Source: a virus. Taken from it: a stretch of 64,000 nucleotides of DNA. Under the pieces are notes generated by a model. It had not been told where the DNA came from and made no database searches. It saw only the letters and a program-made list of their open reading frames with translations. A program made the translations under genes and the position numbers. Within the stretch, counting starts at the first letter, position 1. Each line of letters opens with the position of its first letter. Location of the stretch: the IMG/VR virus record IMGVR_UViG_3300014208_000028, positions 93,123 through 157,122 of that record. One strand, given 5' to 3'. This document shows positions 19,149-28,272 of this stretch, one piece after another.

Positions 19149-20294
19149 TTACTCTTTATCCTTATTCTTAAGCAATTTTCTAGCACCTAATCCGCCAGCA
19201 CCGACCGCGCCAGCCGCAACGCCCTTAGCCGCATAAGACTTAGCTAATTCTTTTCTAACTCCACGACTCTGAACGCCCGCAGCTTCCATACCCTTACGAG
19301 TCATAGGACCTTTAAGATAAGCATAAGCTCCTCTAGCAGCATCTTTAACCTTCTCAGTTTTGGCTCCAGCTTCCTTCTCTATCTCATCCATAGCATCAAG
19401 AAAATCGGCGGCAGAAATCTGAGTCAAGTCAATCTCTTCCTCAGCAGTTTTAATAGTAGATAACTTCTTACCGCGAACCTTATCTAAAATAGACTTATAA
19501 CTTAAAGCGCCAGTAGTAGCAATACCTACTCCACCCGCGCCGATACCGAAAGCCTTTTTATGCTTACCTACATAAGCTCCAGCGGCTCTAGCACCATCAG
19601 CAATAGTCTTACCGAATTCACCAACCATACCCGCATCCTTCTCAATCTCGTCTAACGCATCGAGAAAATCAGCAGCAGAGATCTGAGTCAGATCAACTTC
19701 TTCATCACTAGCAGTCTTTTCAGTATCAGATAAAAGATCTATAAGTTCCTGAGCAGAATGATTCTGAACCCATTCCTCTAACTCACTTTCATCAACCGAA
19801 GCAGTCTTTTCCTCATTCTCTAACTCATCTATCGCGTCAAGAAAATCAGCCGCACTAATCTGAGTAAGATCTACATCCTCATCACTAGCTGTTTTCTCAG
19901 TATCTTCATTTAAATAATCAATTAAATCCTGAGCCGAAATACTCTGAAGCATCGCCTCTAACTCGTCTTCCTCACTAGCAGTCTTAGTCGCAACAACCTT
20001 ATTTTTTAAAGTAGCAAGAACGTCATTAATATCCACTGTATTCTCCTTTTTATTTTCATCAGCCTTTTTTTCCTCGGCCTTTTTCTCAGGCTGAGTTTCA
20101 CTAGCCTTATTATATAAAGCTATAATCTCATTCACACTCATCTTCTCCATAACTTCCTTAAGTTCAGGGGCCTTAGATAAATTAGCCTGTTCTTCAGCAG
20201 CCTGTTTTTCTAATTCCTCCAGAAACTCATCAGACTGATCAGTTACCTTATTACCAGTAACCATCTCAATCAAACTATCAACGCTTCTATTCAT
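19149..20294 (-). CDS. Repetitive scaffold/core polyprotein (381 aa)
   Basis: Acidic repeats separated by K-x-A sites with two basic Gly-rich inserts. Confidence 0.7.
   Translation of the reverse strand: MNRSVDSLIEMVTGNKVTDQSDEFLEELEKQAAEEQANLSKAPELKEVMEKMSVNEIIALYNKASETQPEKKAEEKKADENKKENTVDINDVLATLKNKVVATKTASEEDELEAMLQSISAQDLIDYLNEDTEKTASDEDVDLTQISAADFLDAIDELENEEKTASVDESELEEWVQNHSAQELIDLLSDTEKTASDEEVDLTQISAADFLDALDEIEKDAGMVGEFGKTIADGARAAGAYVGKHKKAFGIGAGGVGIATTGALSYKSILDKVRGKKLSTIKTAEEEIDLTQISAADFLDAMDEIEKEAGAKTEKVKDAARGAYAYLKGPMTRKGMEAAGVQSRGVRKELAKSYAAKGVAAGAVGAGGLGARKLLKNKDKE
19385..19990 (-). repeat. Internal protein repeats KTAS..DLTQISAADFLDA.DE.E (3 close, 2 diverged copies)
   Basis: Near-identical DNA units around 19403-19436, 19668-19700, 19845-19878. 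Confidence 0.9.
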
Positions 20295-20338
20295 TCTATT
20301 ACTCCTTTGATTAAATTACTTTTAAGTATTAGTTTACT

Positions 20339-21745
20339 TTAATATAAAATTAAATAAAGTAAAGAAATATCGCTTATCATTCCCTGGGCGATTTTTTTAG
20401 GAGTACTAAGCTCTTCAAAAGACGCCATCTTGAATTCGGGGATCGTTGTCTCTAAATAACTTCCTATAACATTAGGATGTTGCGACATATTCATAATTAA
20501 TTTTTCAGTATTTAAATTTTTAATTAAATACTCTCTATACCCATTATATAGCGAACTTATTTTTATTAGCAAGGGATTTTCAAATATTTCAACATCTTTA
20601 TTTATTTTAGCCGCCGACTTAATCATACGCTGACTTAAGAAAGGTTCAAAACTAGAACGACTAGCTAAAAAAGGAGAAAGCAATTTATTTATACTTTCAT
20701 TAAATAATGTCTTATTAGAATCTATTTTAATACTATCATCTACACTAGGAAATATTAAATTATGTTCAGCATACTTTTCAGCTAAAGTATCTTCATTGGC
20801 GCGTTTCAATGCGATATATTGAAATTCTTCCGGCCTTAAAACTATGCCTAATAATGAAGTAGTACTTATCATTTCTTCAAAATTTATATTAGCTAATTTA
20901 TTTAAAATATCTTTATCAAAAGATTCTTCTTTAGCCCGCTGCCAATCTATTACTTTACGCGCCTTTTTTATAAAATGACTATCCGTACTTTTTTCAGTAT
21001 TACGAATAGTAGTTAAAGGATTAATTTTAGCTTTATCATTTAAATCTTGAGCAACCTTTTTTAATATAGCACTTTCATTAGCCGCAGGAGCTTCGACCAT
21101 TGAGAGGTCAAAAAACACGGGCTCCGGGTTATCCGCGTATACTATACGACCATCAGGTAACATTTCATTCATCATAGTAGATAAATGCTCACAATATTCT
21201 AAACGAGATTTATTAGCCTTACCGCATATAGAACATCTATCACCACTTAATAATTTACAGCCCATAGAAATACCATAATTATCGTCAGGTATTTCTCCAC
21301 CAGCCCGTTTTTCCTCATTACGTTCTATCCGCTCTGCAACATGAGGAGCTTTATCTCTATCTATCTTCATAATAGTTTCTACTCTATGAAGATCTTTATT
21401 ATAAGCCGCTACATCAATACTGCCTATAGCTTTTTCAGGATCTTTATTATCATGGCCTTCAAATATATTAGCCCGCTCAAAAGTTTTATATCCATAATCT
21501 GTTCTACCATCAGGAGGATTAAGAGCTTTTTCAGAAAAGAAATCTCCATTCCTATTTTTTCCATAATATTCAGAAGCACCCATAGGAGTAGAAAGTAAAT
21601 ACATGTATTTACTATCCGGTTTTAGATTAGCAATATAGCGTTTAATTTCAGGAGATATATTCTCCTTTAATTTAGCCGCACTTTTTTCTAAAGTAATAGG
21701 CTCAATAGAATTGGGTAAACTGAATATTATTTCTTTTTCCACCAA
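20339..21745 (-). CDS. Putative prohead (capsid maturation) protease with Zn-ribbon insert
   Basis: N.NGDFF, H.N.D....IG, ISMGC...CSICG...CEHL, FFDLSMV..PA; upstream of scaffold and MCP. Confidence 0.7.
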   Translation of the reverse strand: MVEKEIIFSLPNSIEPITLEKSAAKLKENISPEIKRYIANLKPDSKYMYLLSTPMGASEYYGKNRNGDFFSEKALNPPDGRTDYGYKTFERANIFEGHDNKDPEKAIGSIDVAAYNKDLHRVETIMKIDRDKAPHVAERIERNEEKRAGGEIPDDNYGISMGCKLLSGDRCSICGKANKSRLEYCEHLSTMMNEMLPDGRIVYADNPEPVFFDLSMVEAPAANESAILKKVAQDLNDKAKINPLTTIRNTEKSTDSHFIKKARKVIDWQRAKEESFDKDILNKLANINFEEMISTTSLLGIVLRPEEFQYIALKRANEDTLAEKYAEHNLIFPSVDDSIKIDSNKTLFNESINKLLSPFLASRSSFEPFLSQRMIKSAAKINKDVEIFENPLLIKISSLYNGYREYLIKNLNTEKLIMNMSQHPNVIGSYLETTIPEFKMASFEELSTPKKIAQGMISDISLLYLILY

Positions 21746-21762
21746 TAGCTCCTTAAGTAATT

Positions 21763-22740
21763 TTACTTACTATTTAATCCTAAAAAAGAATTCATTATAG
21801 ATTCACTAAACTGATCACGTACTTTAGATCCAGTATTTTTACTTCTATTAGCCTTCGCTTTCATTTCTTCAGCCCGAGATTTAATAATTTCAGAAGCAGC
21901 CTGATAAGGAACTCCTAACCCGCCTTCAATATGACTACGAACAAATGTAGCGGCAATAGTAGGCTGAGTAGCCATAGTAGGATTAAGATCATATAAAGTA
22001 TTATAATAAGTTAAGGCTTGCATTTTATCTATATTATTCATTTCAGGATCTGAATTCATCATCTTTAAAAAGCCTTGCTGTTTATCTCTATTCTCTAAGA
22101 AATTTTCTAAACCCCCGGCTATAGCCGTGCCGCCTAATACTGTAGCTACCATTGGCATACTGAGATTACTAGGCAATTTCTCTCTTAAAGTTTTTTCAGT
22201 AGCTCTAGCATGTAAAGCTTTAGCAGCCGATAAAGATCCTTCTTCTTTATTAGGATTAGTTAATATACCCAATAAAATTTCTCTAGTCCTACTGTCTGCA
22301 TTATTAACCATTCTTAAAGCATTTAATCTATCAGCAAGTAATTGACTTTTTACATATATAACATCAGTATTTTCTTTAAATTCATTCATATTAGGCTTAC
22401 CTTCTCTAATCCTGCCCAATGCTTCTAATATCCTAGTATGATTAGAACTTTCTATATTAGGTAAACTACGCACATTTACGTCTACATCTTTAGCTATTTC
22501 TTCAAACCCTGGATGAGAAAATAAATCTAAATGCTTTTTTAAATATTCATTTAATTCTCCCTTCGCAGCTTCTCTACGTCTACCGGCCCCAATTCCTGTC
22601 CAATTAACTAAAGAGGAATCTTCCATAGTATTTCTTCCTTTATTAAAAGATTTTCTTAATAAGGAAAAGGCTTCATTAAGTTTAACCGGATTTTTAGCGG
22701 CAGACTTTTCTAACTTCTCTATCAATTCTTTTTTAGTCAT
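21763..22740 (-). CDS. Putative internal head protein (325 aa) with hydrophobic segment
   Basis: MTKKELIEKLEKSAA; VATVLGGTAIAGG. Confidence 0.6.
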   Translation of the reverse strand: MTKKELIEKLEKSAAKNPVKLNEAFSLLRKSFNKGRNTMEDSSLVNWTGIGAGRRREAAKGELNEYLKKHLDLFSHPGFEEIAKDVDVNVRSLPNIESSNHTRILEALGRIREGKPNMNEFKENTDVIYVKSQLLADRLNALRMVNNADSRTREILLGILTNPNKEEGSLSAAKALHARATEKTLREKLPSNLSMPMVATVLGGTAIAGGLENFLENRDKQQGFLKMMNSDPEMNNIDKMQALTYYNTLYDLNPTMATQPTIAATFVRSHIEGGLGVPYQAASEIIKSRAEEMKAKANRSKNTGSKVRDQFSESIMNSFLGLNSK

Positions 22741-22751
22741 TATTATCCCTC

Positions 22752-23324
22752 TTAACTTTGAGTATACGGATAATATCCGCCCTCATCCTCTAAAGCTTTA
22801 ATCTGAGCGCGACGATCTATAAGAGTTTTGGCACCTTTAGGAATACCATATCCAGCACCGACTAATCCCACCGCTAAAGGAACTCTATATCTAGATTTTA
22901 TTAATTTTTCTCCAGTATACTTAACTCCATGCCCCGCACCTTCTACGCTTTTATTAATTCCTTTCCAAACTTTACCAGCAATATCTTTCGCCTTAATAGC
23001 TTCTTTAATTAATTCCAACTTCTCTTCATCTATAGAAGCGAACTTGAAATCATTAAAATTACTTTTTAAAGTCCCATATGTTCCTAACCCTGTCCACGCC
23101 CCCATCTCTATTCCACGCTTAACTGCTCTAGGAGATTTACTCCAAGCATTACCAATGCCTTTAACAGCACCTATAGCCCTGCTTCCAATACCGTGAGCTA
23201 AATTAGATCCTGTTCTTCCGACAAAACTACCTATAGCAGGTAATACCTTAGCTGCGGCATTAGCAATACCAGAATTTTTTTCTAATAAATTAGATAGAGC
23301 CTGTATTTGTTCTAATCGAGTCAT
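22752..23324 (-). CDS. Leader-bearing two-module basic Gly-rich protein
   Basis: MTRLEQIQALS; internal KFAS..EEKLELIKEA; two Gly-rich hydrophobic stretches. Confidence 0.7.
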   Translation of the reverse strand: MTRLEQIQALSNLLEKNSGIANAAAKVLPAIGSFVGRTGSNLAHGIGSRAIGAVKGIGNAWSKSPRAVKRGIEMGAWTGLGTYGTLKSNFNDFKFASIDEEKLELIKEAIKAKDIAGKVWKGINKSVEGAGHGVKYTGEKLIKSRYRVPLAVGLVGAGYGIPKGAKTLIDRRAQIKALEDEGGYYPYTQS

Positions 23325-24157
23325 ATATTTCTTACCATAGCCTCATTTAATTTCTTTAAAGCAGAATCTTTAAATTTATCTATTTCAGATAAGTCTTTAG
23401 ACATATTAGAAATATTATCTTGAAAGGAAGTAATCTGTTTTAATAATCTAGTAATAGGATGCTCTTCATTTAAAGTATTAGAAATATTATCCGCCGCGCC
23501 TTTTTCTATATACATAAAACTACCATCTGTAGTCATATCATTAATTAAAGATTTATATACATTCCATAAAATAGGATATTTATTAGCGGCGGTTTTTACT
23601 TCCATCGGAGTTAATTCATTATCTATTAATCCTTTTCTTAATTCATCACTCAATTCCATCTTCATTTCTTCAACATCAAATTTAGTATTGCATATTCTAC
23701 TAGATAATATATCACTAGCAGTTTTAGCATTCTCATAATTATTTTTAGCTTGAAGCAGCAGGGGAACATAAGTAGGAGAATCAATATCTTTTTCAGAAAG
23801 CTCTATTTTAGTCGGAGCTTCTTTAAATATGTCTTTAGGATCTGAGATATAGTCCCTACTAATTTCTTTAGCAACTTCCGGGGCCGTAGTAATAGTAGAC
23901 AATATTTCAGTAGGCTGAACTAGATCAAATCCGCCTGTACGTACATTACTATTACGTAAATAAGTTTGGGCTAAAGTGGAATTAGTATATTCACATACAC
24001 GTTTAATATGCTCTTGAGACAATCCTTCCTCTTCCTTTAACAATTCCAATATTACTTTATTCGGCTTCTCTCCACCATCAATAATTCTCTTGGCCGCACG
24101 AATACCTAAATGTTGAAGTTCGTCAGCACTCTTAAACGCAATTTTAACTTGATCCAT
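23321..24157 (-). CDS. Head-cluster protein of unknown function (278 aa)
   Basis: First gene after promoter 24203-24231; coiled-coil C-terminus. Confidence 0.7.
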   Translation of the reverse strand: MDQVKIAFKSADELQHLGIRAAKRIIDGGEKPNKVILELLKEEEGLSQEHIKRVCEYTNSTLAQTYLRNSNVRTGGFDLVQPTEILSTITTAPEVAKEISRDYISDPKDIFKEAPTKIELSEKDIDSPTYVPLLLQAKNNYENAKTASDILSSRICNTKFDVEEMKMELSDELRKGLIDNELTPMEVKTAANKYPILWNVYKSLINDMTTDGSFMYIEKGAADNISNTLNEEHPITRLLKQITSFQDNISNMSKDLSEIDKFKDSALKKLNEAMVRNI

Positions 24158-24202
24158 TAATATCTCCTGAAAACTAAGTATTTGAAATACCTTGTTTCTT
24201 TA

Positions 24203-24231
24203 ATTATAGGTAATTATACTTCCTTAGTCAA
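24203..24231 (-). promoter_or_regulatory. Near-consensus sigma70 promoter TTGACT-N17-TATAAT upstream of the head cluster
   Basis: Hexamers at 24231-24226 and 24208-24203. Confidence 0.8.
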
Positions 24232-24334
24232 TATTATAATTAATAGTTAAAAAATACAAGATAAAATCTTAAATTTTATGTTATATAGTTATTGACAAGT
24301 TTTCATTTTTATTAATTTTTAAAAAGGAGAAATC

Positions 24335-25303
24335 ATGTATTGTAGAGGAAATAGTAAAGATGTACTAGATACTGCTCTTAGAAATAGTACTATTAGAGAT
24401 AGTATTAGAATAGATTATAACAAGTGGCCTAAAGATGTAGCATTCGAGTGTAAAGGAGATGCGAATTATGCTAAGTTAGATAATGAGCCTTTAATTCTCC
24501 CACATAGTTTTATAATTAATGATTTTGCTACTACTCAGCTTTGTAGTAAATTAAGGATTCCAGTATCTTATTTCAAGCGTTGCCCGGATTTTTTAAGAGG
24601 CCCTCAACTGGAGTATTGGAAAACTAAACATAAGAGAAATTATAGTAAAGAACGATATTTTCTGTTTAGAACTTGGGGAGAAGAGATTAAAGGAGTATTG
24701 TCAGACCTTTACTATCCTATAGATAATACAACTATTTTAAATAATTTAAATAAAGTAGTTAATACTTCAGATCTGCCCTCCAATAATAATTGGGCCTCAA
24801 TTACTGATAATTCTATGTGGGTCGTAATTTCTCTATTAGAGTATACAGATATAATCCCAGTAACTGTCGGCTTAACTATTATTAATAGTGAAGTTGGGAA
24901 TAGCTCTCTCTACTTAAAATATATGATTACTTGGAAGGATGCCTATAAGATTCCAGTACCTGAAAAAATATTTAAGACTTTAACTGGATATAATAGTCTT
25001 TATCATAAGGCCGCGCATGTACAATATAAAAAGCAAGAATTAGTAGCTATCGAAAGAATGGATTTAAATTATCATAATAATTTGGCCGAGCAAGTTTATA
25101 AGCAATTTAAACTTTTATATGATCAGTATCTTACTAATAATGAATATGAAGCTTTAGAAAAATTAGTCGGTAAGAATATTATGAAATATATTTCCAAGGA
25201 ATTCCAAATTAAGAAATTAGAGGCAGTAGAGATTATAGCTAATCATTTTACTCCTAAAGATGAATTACTTTATTTAAGTGAGATTGAAGATATTATATGG
25301 TAA
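24335..25303 (+). CDS. DUF932-like protein
   Basis: FATTQLCSKL.IP..Y, FLFRT....IKGVLSD.Y..IDN, GLTI.NSEVG.SSL. Confidence 0.65.
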   Translation: MYCRGNSKDVLDTALRNSTIRDSIRIDYNKWPKDVAFECKGDANYAKLDNEPLILPHSFIINDFATTQLCSKLRIPVSYFKRCPDFLRGPQLEYWKTKHKRNYSKERYFLFRTWGEEIKGVLSDLYYPIDNTTILNNLNKVVNTSDLPSNNNWASITDNSMWVVISLLEYTDIIPVTVGLTIINSEVGNSSLYLKYMITWKDAYKIPVPEKIFKTLTGYNSLYHKAAHVQYKKQELVAIERMDLNYHNNLAEQVYKQFKLLYDQYLTNNEYEALEKLVGKNIMKYISKEFQIKKLEAVEIIANHFTPKDELLYLSEIEDIIW

Positions 25304-25305
25304 AT

Positions 25306-25333
25306 AAAAAAGAATGGGCAACCATTCTTTTTA
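25306..25333. terminator. Bidirectional terminator
   Basis: AAAAAGAATGG-GCA-A-CCATTCTTTTT hairpin. Confidence 0.8.
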
Positions 25334-25389
25334 GCTAAAAAAACAGGAGATTGAGTATTACTACTTTACCTCTCTTTGTTTTTTAGGAA

Positions 25390-25767
25390 CTACTTTTTGG
25401 ACGCCTTGGCTTCGGCGGCTTTCGCATTCTCCATGCGGCACCCGGTCGCACTTCCCATGAAGCTGGCGGCGAATACGGTTCCGATGGCCAGACCTGCCAG
25501 ACCCACCCGACCGGCCCACTTCAGGGTCCAGGCCAGCGCCCCGTCATGGTTCTCCAACGTATCTTCGACCACAGGCTTCGTCTCGGTCTTCTCATTCTTC
25601 TTTTCTTCGCTCATGGCTTCCTCCTTAGAATCAGTTGCAGTCACGGAGCTATCAACTCCCCCCGAAATCGTATCTCCCAACAACGCATCTTCCTTGACTC
25701 GATTCTCGTTCAAGATTTCTTTGAGTTCTTCTTGAACGGGGTCAATCGGTTTTTTACGTTTAGTCAT
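25390..25767 (-). CDS. GC-rich small membrane protein; alternative start ATG 25614 with AAGGAGG RBS
   Basis: Hydrophobic GLAGLAIGTVFAASFMG segment; TGGTATAAA extended -10 upstream. Confidence 0.65.
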   Translation of the reverse strand: MTKRKKPIDPVQEELKEILNENRVKEDALLGDTISGGVDSSVTATDSKEEAMSEEKKNEKTETKPVVEDTLENHDGALAWTLKWAGRVGLAGLAIGTVFAASFMGSATGCRMENAKAAEAKASKK

Positions 25768-25871
25768 ACTTTCCTCCTCTATATATTTTATACCAAAAAA
25801 TCTAACTATTTTTCATATTGCGATTTTATAATTATTTATATATAATTAAAGTAATTTCACAAGGAGATACT

Positions 25872-26144
25872 ATGAGTAAAATAAATAAATTAGTTGCCGC
25901 GCCGAAAACTGTTCAGGCGGTTAGTAGATTGATGCAGAAAGAAATTAAAGGTAATAGTAAATTAAGCTATTTACCTAATGATAAAACTAAATTATCTTGG
26001 GAGCTATTTTCTGGCGGGCCGAAAGTAGTAGGTCCAGTTAAATTAATTATAGATACTATTCAAGCAGGTAAGGTAAGTAAAATAGAGGGTATAAAAATGT
26101 TATTGAAGTATCTTAAAGATGGGACTTTTAAAATAAATAGATAA
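25872..26144 (+). CDS. Hypothetical protein (start reassigned to ATG 25872)
   Basis: AAGGAG RBS before ATG 25872. Confidence 0.6.
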   Translation: MSKINKLVAAPKTVQAVSRLMQKEIKGNSKLSYLPNDKTKLSWELFSGGPKVVGPVKLIIDTIQAGKVSKIEGIKMLLKYLKDGTFKINR

Positions 26145-26145
26145 T

Positions 26146-26718
26146 CTATCTTCTAGATTCATTCATTAGATGGAAAGGATTGGGAGGCATATTTATCTTA
26201 TTGAAACTTCTTTCTAACATAGATATGCTTCCTTCTAAATCTTCTGGTAACTTACATAAGTCTATTATAGTATTTATATAACTATTTATAGAATACTGTC
26301 TATTGTATAATTCATCTTCACTAAATTTATTTATTTTATTCCATTTAGAGCATAATTCTAAAAGCTTAAAATCTTTCCTTTTACATTCCCAATTTCCCGG
26401 CCTACTTTCTCCCCAACATATAGAACATTTAACTTCTCCAGTTAAATAATATAATGTTCTTTTTCTGGCCCCGCAATTAGGACAGATAAGAAACTCATCG
26501 TATATCATATTAGCATCATCTTTCACTACTTTTACTTTTAAAGTTTTAATATTACCATTATTATTTACTTTTAATTTAATAGTTTTATTGCTGCCGCCAA
26601 AAGAAGTAATAGGCGTTAGAGAATATAATAATAAGTCATGTAACTCATTATTAGATAAAGTACTAAGATTTTTATTTCGAGGGTTTATCAAGCTGTAAGT
26701 CACAATACAGTCCTTCAT
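26146..26718 (-). CDS. Zn-finger hypothetical protein
   Basis: FLICPNCG.R.R.LY......CSIC. Confidence 0.65.
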   Translation of the reverse strand: MKDCIVTYSLINPRNKNLSTLSNNELHDLLLYSLTPITSFGGSNKTIKLKVNNNGNIKTLKVKVVKDDANMIYDEFLICPNCGARKRTLYYLTGEVKCSICWGESRPGNWECKRKDFKLLELCSKWNKINKFSEDELYNRQYSINSYINTIIDLCKLPEDLEGSISMLERSFNKINMPPNPFHLMNESRR

Positions 26719-26905
26719 CTATACAAGTTAATTTTAGATGGGAGCAATTTACATTAGAATTTTTAGCTTTAGTATACATATTCCATACTCTATATAAACA
26801 TTCTTTTACAAATTCAGAGTCTGCCTCTTTTTCTAAATACCTAAGTCTAACTTCTTCAGACATCCACCCTAAAAAATCTTCTCTCATTTCTTTACTTGTC
26901 TTCAT
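26672..26905 (-). CDS. Hypothetical protein (77 aa)
   Basis: Overlap-coupled in operon. Confidence 0.55.
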   Translation of the reverse strand: MKTSKEMREDFLGWMSEEVRLRYLEKEADSEFVKECLYRVWNMYTKAKNSNVNCSHLKLTCIDEGLYCDLQLDKPSK

Positions 26906-27422
26906 TTTTAACTCCTTTAAATTTTCTAGTTACTTTTTCTTTAGACTTAGGCGATAGGCACCTTATTTCAGTTATATCTGAATTAATTAAATGTATACCT
27001 TGAGCTAAATAGACAAATTGCTGAGTTAACTTTTCTTTAATAGCTTCTAATTCATGGACGAAGGTATTAGCTGAAGGGGTAGTACCTATTAGTAATTCAG
27101 TATCAGGATATTTAGCATCTAGGTAGGTTAGATAGAATATAACATTACTTAACCGTTCTATTAATATGATTTTAACTGGATCTCTAGTCTTTAGTTTTTT
27201 TATGAGACTTTTTTTAGTATTAGCTATAAATTCTTTTTTATTACCTATATATTTATTAAAGTCTAATATAGTATCTGTTTTAATAAATATAGGGTTTTCT
27301 TCTAGCTGCTTTACTGCTTCGGCCCGCGAAAAATGATAGGGGATTATATCGACATTTTTAGTAAAAGATACTTTTAATAATTCCCTTAAAGTTTCCTTAT
27401 TGATTAGTGACCTTGTTTTCAT
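26892..27422 (-). CDS. Hypothetical protein (176 aa)
   Basis: Overlap-coupled in operon. Confidence 0.65.
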   Translation of the reverse strand: MKTRSLINKETLRELLKVSFTKNVDIIPYHFSRAEAVKQLEENPIFIKTDTILDFNKYIGNKKEFIANTKKSLIKKLKTRDPVKIILIERLSNVIFYLTYLDAKYPDTELLIGTTPSANTFVHELEAIKEKLTQQFVYLAQGIHLINSDITEIRCLSPKSKEKVTRKFKGVKNEDK

Positions 27423-28227
27423 CTGCTAATTCCTTACCGTTCGTTATTTCTTCTAGCGTAGGATGCGTCAAAGGTAATGTCTTTAAACTTACATTCTTCT
27501 TTAAAGCCTCTAAGAAGCTCTCATACTGACTCTCACTTTCAACCTCATGTAACTTACTTATAAAGCTATTTAATTGCATACCCCAATTGGCCGCAACTTT
27601 AGAATTGTCTACTTCATTAATAGTAGATATTCTACACTCCATTAATTTTCTATAACAAAGTTCTATAGAGTTGCTTATAATGTCTTTATTAAATTCAAAA
27701 TTTTTACTCTTGCCCATCTTCCAGATAACATAACCACGATCTCCAGAATTGGCTAATTTATAAGTATTTTGTAAATCTTTATTTTCTAAGCAATTGATAA
27801 ATCGCCGCCAATATTTACGAGAATTTAAAACTTCTGAATTCCAGAATAAATATAAATATCTTTCTATTACTTTAGGCTCACCGCTAATTCCAAAATTCTG
27901 GCAGTCTTTAGATAACTCATATAAATTAGTATTATTAAGAATACATAATACGTCCAATAACTCCCTATCTTTATGATCTAACAATCCTATAGCTTTAAGA
28001 GTTAACTCATCTATTCCCTTTCTAGTATTAACAGGCATATCTTCAATGTCTTTATTTATATCTAATAATTCAGTATTAGAAGAAACGACATTGGAGGCAA
28101 GTTTATCCAAAAAATCAGATGGAGGTATAGCAAGCTCATTTTCAATAAGAACTTGAGATACCTCCAACCTGGACTTACCCTGTTGAAATAAAAAGAGAAT
28201 AAAATTTTCGTGCGGAAATTCGACCAT
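27397..28227 (-). CDS. Hypothetical protein (276 aa)
   Basis: Long ORF, AT-rich upstream region. Confidence 0.7.
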   Translation of the reverse strand: MVEFPHENFILFLFQQGKSRLEVSQVLIENELAIPPSDFLDKLASNVVSSNTELLDINKDIEDMPVNTRKGIDELTLKAIGLLDHKDRELLDVLCILNNTNLYELSKDCQNFGISGEPKVIERYLYLFWNSEVLNSRKYWRRFINCLENKDLQNTYKLANSGDRGYVIWKMGKSKNFEFNKDIISNSIELCYRKLMECRISTINEVDNSKVAANWGMQLNSFISKLHEVESESQYESFLEALKKNVSLKTLPLTHPTLEEITNGKELADENKVTNQ

Positions 28228-28272
28228 ACTTTATATGATATACATTAAATTACTTAAATACAAATAATTAAA

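Noticed and set aside
19385-19990. CRISPR-like repeat array
   Set aside because: The repeats are in-frame, synonymous-diverged protein repeats within the scaffold ORF; no constant repeat/spacer array or cas gene was seen anywhere in the window.
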